Assembly (NCBI GenBank): GCA_035945215.1
Contig: DASZAJ010000007.1
Coordinates: 136,761 to 200,760 of the forward strand
Length of the DNA stretch: 64,000 bases
DNA from: Thermoplasmata archaeon
Lineage (GTDB): Archaea > Thermoplasmatota > Thermoplasmata > Lutacidiplasmatales > UBA184
Reading direction: 5' to 3'
Both the position numbers and the translations under genes were made by a program. Of the stretch, positions 62,498 through 64,000 are shown one piece after another (the stretch's first letter is position 1; each line of letters opens with the position of its first letter). Below the pieces are notes generated by a model. That model ran no database searches. It was not told the origin of the DNA and saw nothing but the letters and a program-made list of their open reading frames with translations.

Positions 62498-63870
62498 CAG
62501 ACCCCGCCCCTCCGGAGCCGGGCGAGATCATCGAGGAACAGCTCCCGTATGTCGCTCAGTCCCAGGCCGACCATCGCGAGTCGGGTCACCCCGATCCCCC
62601 ACGCAGCGACCGGGACCTCGACGCCCATCGGTTCGAGGACCTCCGGACGGAACAGGCCCCCCGGGAAGACTTCGATCCATCCGAGCCGCGGGTGGCGAAC
62701 GTACCCCTCGATCGACGGCTCAGTGAACGGAAAGTAGCTCGGACGGAACTTGAGCTCCCGGATCCCGATCGCTTCCGCGAGGGCGACGAAGACGCCGACC
62801 AGGTCCCGCAAGCTCGTGCCGGCCTCCCCGATGACCCCCTCACACTGATTGAACTCGACGTGGTGGGTCGCGTCGACCGCGTCGCGCCGGAAGTTCCGAT
62901 CGAGCGAATACCGTCGGAACGGCGGCTTCGGTCGGGCGGCGAGGAAGCGGGCGGACACGGAGGTCGTCTGGGACCGCAAGAGGGTGCGCACGGCGATGTG
63001 GCGGTCGTACGGCGCCCGCCAGCCCGACGATATCGCCGTGGCCGCACCGGGCATCGGTCGACCCTCATGCGCCGCCGCTACCCGCTCCAGCAACGGACCC
63101 TCGGGGGCCCGACCCTGGACCCCTTCCAGCGAGAGGACGTCGTGAATCGATCGCGCCGGGTGCTCCTGGGGCATGAACAGGGCATCCGAGTTCCAGAACT
63201 CGGTCTCCACGAGCGGACCGACGGCCTCGGAGAAGCCGAGGCCGATCAGGATCTCCTCGAACTCCCTCAGCCAGGCGAGATACGGGTGGGGCCGCGCCCC
63301 TGAAGATCGCGGCACCGGGGCCCGGACATCATAGGCCCGCAGGGAGACCGACTTCCAGCGGCCGTCGGCTAACACGGCCGGGGTGATCTCTCCGATCGAT
63401 CCGGTCGAATCCTGGACCGGAAGGCTCCGCCCCTCCTCCGAGGGAGCCCAGGAGCGGTGGGTCGCATGGTGCACCTCCACGAGGCCCCTTCGGACGAGCT
63501 CCTTGACGATCTTCGGCTCCGGGGGGGCCTCGCCGGCCCCGATCGCGCGGAGCGCGAGCTCCTCGGGGAACGGGGCGGTCGTCGGCGCCCCCGGGTTGAG
63601 CTTGAGCGGCATACCCGGTCCGACGAGTCCCCGGCGTCGAAGGATGCCGATGGCGGCGGAGCGTTCCTCCTCACCGACGCCGAGCGCCGCGAGCTCGGAC
63701 GGTGGGAGCGGATGGTCCGAGCGGACCAGGAGATCGAGCAGGCGCCGTTCCGGGAGTCCGGCGTCGCGGACCGACTCGCCCCGCGGGGTCAGCGAAATGC
63801 GCTCGACGTGCTCTTCGAGGCTCTCGGCGAGATGCTTCGCCCGCAACCGCTGCAAGGAGCCCCGGACCAC
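62497..63870 (-). CDS. pheS: Phenylalanyl-tRNA synthetase alpha subunit
   Basis: Class II motifs: motif 2 is FRRYSLDRNFRRD, and motif 3 is GWIEVFPGGLFRPEVL...AWGIGVTRLAMV. The true N-terminus may extend beyond the first Met. Confidence 0.88.
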   Translation of the reverse strand: MVRGSLQRLRAKHLAESLEEHVERISLTPRGESVRDAGLPERRLLDLLVRSDHPLPPSELAALGVGEEERSAAIGILRRRGLVGPGMPLKLNPGAPTTAPFPEELALRAIGAGEAPPEPKIVKELVRRGLVEVHHATHRSWAPSEEGRSLPVQDSTGSIGEITPAVLADGRWKSVSLRAYDVRAPVPRSSGARPHPYLAWLREFEEILIGLGFSEAVGPLVETEFWNSDALFMPQEHPARSIHDVLSLEGVQGRAPEGPLLERVAAAHEGRPMPGAATAISSGWRAPYDRHIAVRTLLRSQTTSVSARFLAARPKPPFRRYSLDRNFRRDAVDATHHVEFNQCEGVIGEAGTSLRDLVGVFVALAEAIGIRELKFRPSYFPFTEPSIEGYVRHPRLGWIEVFPGGLFRPEVLEPMGVEVPVAAWGIGVTRLAMVGLGLSDIRELFLDDLARLRRGGV

Positions 63871-64000
63871 CTCGGGGGGAAGGGCGAGCTCGTCGGCGAG
63901 CGAGCCCTCCGATCGATGGGACGACGCGCTGCGGAGCGCGAGGAGGAGCGTCCGCTCCGGCCCGGAGAGCTCGATGGGCGCGGTCGACGGATCCGGGCCC

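Noticed and set aside
1-64000. CRISPR arrays, rRNA or tRNA genes, transposases or integrases, and inteins.
   Set aside because: No short regularly spaced direct repeats were seen. Nothing is rRNA-like, and no cloverleaf candidates appeared in intergenic gaps. No transposase or integrase-like translations were found. The large proteins (aIF2gamma, MCM, PheT, SecY) show no intein-sized insertions with Hint motifs.

Overview
This window is a high-GC (roughly 68-70%) archaeal chromosomal segment. Positions 1-16.3 kb are the conserved archaeal ribosomal-protein superoperon on the + strand: L3-L4-L23-L2-S19-L22-S3-L29-Rpp29-S17-L14-L24-S4e-L5-S14-S8-L6-L32e-L19e-L18-S5-L30-L15, followed by SecY, a DUF106/YidC-like protein, cytidylate kinase and Cbf5. 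Stop/start overlaps of the ATGA/GTGA/TGATG type occur at most junctions. A large MMPL/RND-type membrane transporter is appended directly downstream of Cbf5, and adk, L34e and L14e are missing from their usual slots. The rest of the window holds housekeeping genes (CysRS, PCNA, AlaX, S6e-aIF2gamma-Trm112, TFB, S2-enolase, PheS/PheT, PurP, Prs, NadB). It also holds methylmalonyl-CoA pathway genes split into two loci (MeaB plus MCM small subunit; MCE plus MCM large subunit). Further content includes a thiolase, an acyl-CoA dehydrogenase, surface-glycosylation genes (epimerase, GT2), an aquaporin, an ABC-2 exporter, an MFS transporter and a Cas4-like Fe-S nuclease. The most distinctive locus is a pilin-related module: an A24 prepilin/preflagellin peptidase (FlaK/PibD-like), a type I signal peptidase with unusual insertions, and two tandem, nearly identical class III signal-peptide pilin genes. 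I found no rRNA, tRNA, CRISPR array or clear mobile element. Many long ORFs antisense to real genes are high-GC artefacts and are listed under rejected items. Start codons were placed by reading frame and neighbour-gene logic, and several are GTG/TTG or uncertain by a few codons. Motif coordinates are approximate to within a few nucleotides.
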